A stretch of DNA of 64,000 nt, taken from the NCBI GenBank assembly GCA_002269645.1, contig NIVC01003907.1, positions 6,327 through 70,326 of the forward strand, in the 5' to 3' direction. The notes under the pieces were generated by a model. It had not been told where the DNA came from and made no database searches. It worked only from the letters and a program-made list of their open reading frames with translations. Each line of letters begins with the position of its first letter. Within the stretch, counting starts at the first letter, position 1. This document shows positions 60,201 through 64,000 of this stretch, in pieces. Origin of the DNA: Macrostomum lignano (taxonomy: Eukaryota). A program made the position numbers and the translations under genes.

Positions 60201-61205
60201 AGAATTGCCTGGGAAGGTTAGCGAATTCACTCAGCTACAATCTGAAGTGTTCTGTGAGCCTTTTTTGAAAGCTTCACGGTGGATGCGTTGGAGCCCTTCA
60301 GGGCAGGCATTCTTTTTACCTTTCCAGCGTTCTGAGCAGTGGTCTCCGATCCCCACACACCCTGAGCAGTGGTCTCCGATCCCCATTCAGTCTGAGCAGT
60401 GGTATCCAATCCCTATTCAGTCTGAGCAGTGGTCTCCGATCCCCACACACCCTGAGCAGGTCTCCGATCCCCATTCACTCTGAGCAGTGGTCTCCGATCC
60501 CACACACCCTGAGCAGTGGTCTCCGATCCCCATTCAGTCTGAGCAGTGGTCTCCGATCCCCACACACCCTGAGCAGGTCTCCGATCCCCATTCACTCTGA
60601 GCAGTGGTCTCCGATCCCCACACACCCTGAGCAGTGGTCTCCGATCCCCACACACCCTGAGCAGTGGTCTCCGATCCCCATTCAGTCTGAGCAGTGGTCT
60701 CCGATCCCCACACACCCTGAGCAGTGGTCTCCGATCCCCATTCAGTCTGAGCAGTGGTCTCCGATCCCCACACACCCTGAGCAGTGGTCTCCGATCCCCA
60801 TTCAGTCTGAGCAGTGGTCTCCGATCCCCACACACCCTGAGCAGTGGTCTCCGATCCCCATTCAGTCTGAGCAGTGGTCTCCGATCCCCACACACCCTGA
60901 GCAGTGGTCTCCGATCCCCATTCAGTCTGAGCAGTGGTCTCTGATCCCCATTCACCCTGAGCAGTGATCTCACCCAGAAGAGTTTTCCGTAGAAGCCGGT
61001 GAATCTCCGGTGGGTCGCCGCGGCGCCGCCCAGCCTCTGTCGGATGAAGTCAGGGTTGTCGATGTTCACGATGGCCTCGTCCAAGATGCCCATTACGATC
61101 TGGCCGTGCAGCGCCAGGTCGCCGTTGTCCCGGATATTGTCCGACAGCTCCAGCTTGCTGAACTTCAGGAACATCGCCTGCAGGTCTTGGTTGCTCTTGA
61201 ATAGA
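57231..61205 (-). CDS. Globin, neuroglobin-like (exon 2 61205-60974, exon 3 57368-57231; exon 1 not located)
   Basis: CD1 Phe (LQAMFLKF), distal His (LALHGQIVMG), proximal His (AATHRRF), and FW|AMEQPFLEAVRITLADRF. Introns at phase 2 after helix B and phase 0 in helix G, matching the conserved B12.2/G7.0 positions. Confidence 0.88.
57985..59911. repeat. 20-bp minisatellite (AGTGAGGCTCTGTGGGTG[T/C]C)
   Basis: About 96 copies in globin intron 2. Confidence 0.97.
60331..60968. repeat. 30-bp minisatellite (CTGAGCAGTGGTCTCCGATCCCCA[CACACC/TTCAGT])
   Basis: Two alternating variants abutting the globin splice donor. Confidence 0.95.
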
Positions 61206-61239
61206 CTGGGGATGGGGGAGGTAAGAAGTTGGGTGGGTG

Positions 61240-61480
61240 CCAAACACCCATCTCGCTCCACCAACACCCATCTCACTCCACAAACACCCATCTCACTCCA
61301 AAAACACCCATCTCACTCCACAAACACCCATCTCACTCCACAAACACCCGCCTCACTCCACAAAAACCCGCCTCACTCCACATACACCCATCTCACTCCA
61401 AAAACACCCATCTCACTCCAAAAACACCCATCTCACTCCAAAAGCACCCATCTCACTCCACAAACACCCATCTCACTCAC
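61240..61480. repeat. 20-bp minisatellite (CACCCATCTCACTCCACAAA)
   Basis: Tandem copies just upstream of the globin acceptor. Confidence 0.9.
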
Positions 61481-63654
61481 TAAGATGCTAAGATACTAAG
61501 AAAGAAAGACATACAGACAGACAGACAGACAGACACAAAGAAGTTATGAAATTCAAAGTACTTTGTGTGCTAATATGAATTCAATCTTTCTGTTTCGTTG
61601 ATCACAATACTCTGAACTTTGGCAGATATGACAGTGTCTGTAATCTGGGATGCAACAGTGTCTGTAATCTGGGATGCAACAGTGTCTGTAATCTGGGATG
61701 CAACAGTGTCTGTAACCGAAAGTTGTAACACTGAATGATTTTTGACAAAGTTCACAGCCAATCACTGCTCTGTTTGCAGGTTCTTCCAAGGTGAATTTTG
61801 TTTTTCAACTGAAGATTTCGAACTGTCCAGTACAATCGTAGGCGGTTTTGAACGATATTTTGTTTTTAATTAGGCTGTCTTAGGATTCAGGTTCTTCCGC
61901 AGGAGGAGGATTAGCTGACAAGCTATCAAAGCAGACAGGTAACATTCAGACAGAACCGATGCTGCACAGAGTTTCAAAGGCCACAATGCCCAGTAACTAC
62001 GCGAGTGACTGACTTGAGTTGGCGCTCTCTTCTCTCGCATCGCTGAGCTCGGTAAAACCGTGAAATGGCTGCCCAGCTGCGCTGTGCCCCGGAGTCTCCA
62101 TTAGAGATCTGTTCAATTCATTATCGACTTCTTTTTTCTACCCTGGTATTGCTATGGCAACAACATGTCGATGCCGACTGACACCTCCGCTGCTCTGTGC
62201 CTCTTCCCTTAATCCCCCCCAGTTCCCTCCCGTGCCAATAATGTCCCCACGGTTTTGCGGTAATGAGACACGAAGCAGTTGGCTGGGCTGGAGTTAATTG
62301 AGCTTGCTGCATTTTCAAAGAGCAGAGCAGACTCACTTGCCAGCAGATAGAAGAGCAGAGAAGAGACGAGCCCTGTGCACTTTTTAGAAAAATAATTGAT
62401 GGTTCTGAAGTTTACCGACTTTGGGCGTTCAGGACTGTTTTTGTCTTCTTTTTTCTGTTATCTGTTTTCTGACTTTTTCAGGCCCGGGGATCTCTGCCAG
62501 CTCGCCTCCTACCTAAGGGCTACCGGGCGAGCGGCGATCATCCACCTCCTGGACTCTCCGGAGGGGACCGCGCTGCGGACACCGGCAACACCACCCTCCC
62601 TGCGCGGCATCGCGCATGTCCGGAGACCCCTGCAGCCGAGTCAAGTCAAGTGTAAAAAATGTAAAAAGCTTAGCTGTATAATTCTCCTTGTAAATCGGTA
62701 GCATAAGATTTTCATTGATCGAATGAACATCCTAATGAGACGATTGAAACGCCTTGAATTGTCATTGATTTGGCCTCGATGGAAGAAAGACTTAACGCTA
62801 CCCGAGGGATGACGTGGCTGGACATTGAGTGCAAATGTGACATCGGAAAATGTAAAATTCAGTTACTTTGTCAGCGGTAAAAACATTTGACACCTTTTGA
62901 GATTAATTTGAGATGGTCAAATATTAAAATGAACTTTCTCTTCATGGCAAACGCATCGCTCAATCGCTTTTAACAAAACTTACAATATCCAACCGTCAGT
63001 TTAAACAAATTCAACTGCATGTTAAACCAAGCCAAGTTCAAGCAGCACCGAAAGACTCGAGCAGAAACTTTTGCGAGAGCGCACTCGAAGTTCAAGTACT
63101 CTGCCACGTGATCAGGCCTTTTATTGAAAGGATCAGATGGGGTAAGACACTCACGAAAGACCTGATGTGGCAGGCCCTCTCTGCGTCAGACACTCGCCAC
63201 CACCGCCATCCACTAGGGCTCGGCAAAGTCGAGATAGTGGGATCTACGAGTAATCCTGCCCAACCCCCCGGGAAGAGCAGCTGTGGGAGCGGAGTCCACT
63301 GCACTTAGAGAAATCCTCCGTTCGCTTTTGGGAACTTCCTCGAGAAAAGAAATTCGAGATGTTCAGTTTGATCCCGTGAATTTCGTTTCTGGGGCTTAAC
63401 TGCTTGGGACTTCTCTGTGTGAATTTCTGTCCATCCATGTACGACCAGATCTTCGAGAGTCTACGAGCGTAGTATTAGTTTCAGGTGCCCAAATGTACTT
63501 AGTGGGGTATTGATTAGCGCGTTGTTCAGCCCTTTGAGAGGATTTAGATAAGAATTTATCACTCCCACACTCGAGTATCTCATGCTCAACTTCCCTAATC
63601 CTCGACATAACCAACTATGTTTTTCATTCGCTCCCCTCCCCGTAACTTGACCCC

Positions 63655-64000
63655 TTGAGTCCTTTCATTGTGTCTCAGTCTCTTGTGTCTCAGTCCATTG
63701 TGTCTCAGTCTCTTGTGTCTCAGTCTCTTGTGTCTCAGTTCATTGTGTCTCGGTCTCTTGTGTCTCAGTCCATTGTGTCTCAGTCTCTTGTGTCTCAGTT
63801 CATTGTGTCTCAGTCTCTTGTGTCTCAGTTCATTGTGTCTTCGGTCTCTTGTGTCTCAGTCCATTGTGTCTCAGTCTCTTGTGTCTCAGTTCATTGTGTC
63901 TCAGGCTCTTGTGTCTGAGTCCATTGTGTCTCAGTCTCTTGTGTCTCAGTTCATTGTGTCTCAGTTCATTGTGTCTCAGTCCATTGTGTCTCAGTCCATT
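63655..64000. repeat. 15-bp minisatellite (TTGTGTCTCAGTC[CA/TC])
   Basis: Tandem copies running to the end of the window. Confidence 0.95.

Overview
Eukaryotic, intron-containing animal genomic DNA. GC-rich exons, poly-Q tracts and a very high minisatellite load suggest a free-living flatworm such as Macrostomum; this is an inference only. Left: a ~22 kb ciliary gene CCDC180/CFAP76 (+, 230-22430). Its introns hold an antisense arrestin-domain gene, three tRNA-headed CORE-like SINEs and a decayed Ty3/gypsy LTR retrotransposon, which is itself interrupted by a 5'-truncated RTE-like LINE. Middle: a cluster of four 3-exon secreted genes, each with a signal peptide, a degenerate PAN/apple-like Cys domain and a fibrinogen-related domain lacking its N-terminal subdomain, plus a relic exon and small DNA-transposon-like elements. 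Next is a ~4 kb AT-rich island with foldback repeats and a ~1.9 kb CpG-free stretch. Right: Mediator subunit MED1 (+, ~40.7-55.3 kb) and a convergent neuroglobin-like globin (-), both with minisatellite-filled introns. There are no CRISPR arrays, rRNA genes or true tRNA genes. All homology calls come from recognising motifs by eye; no searches were run.
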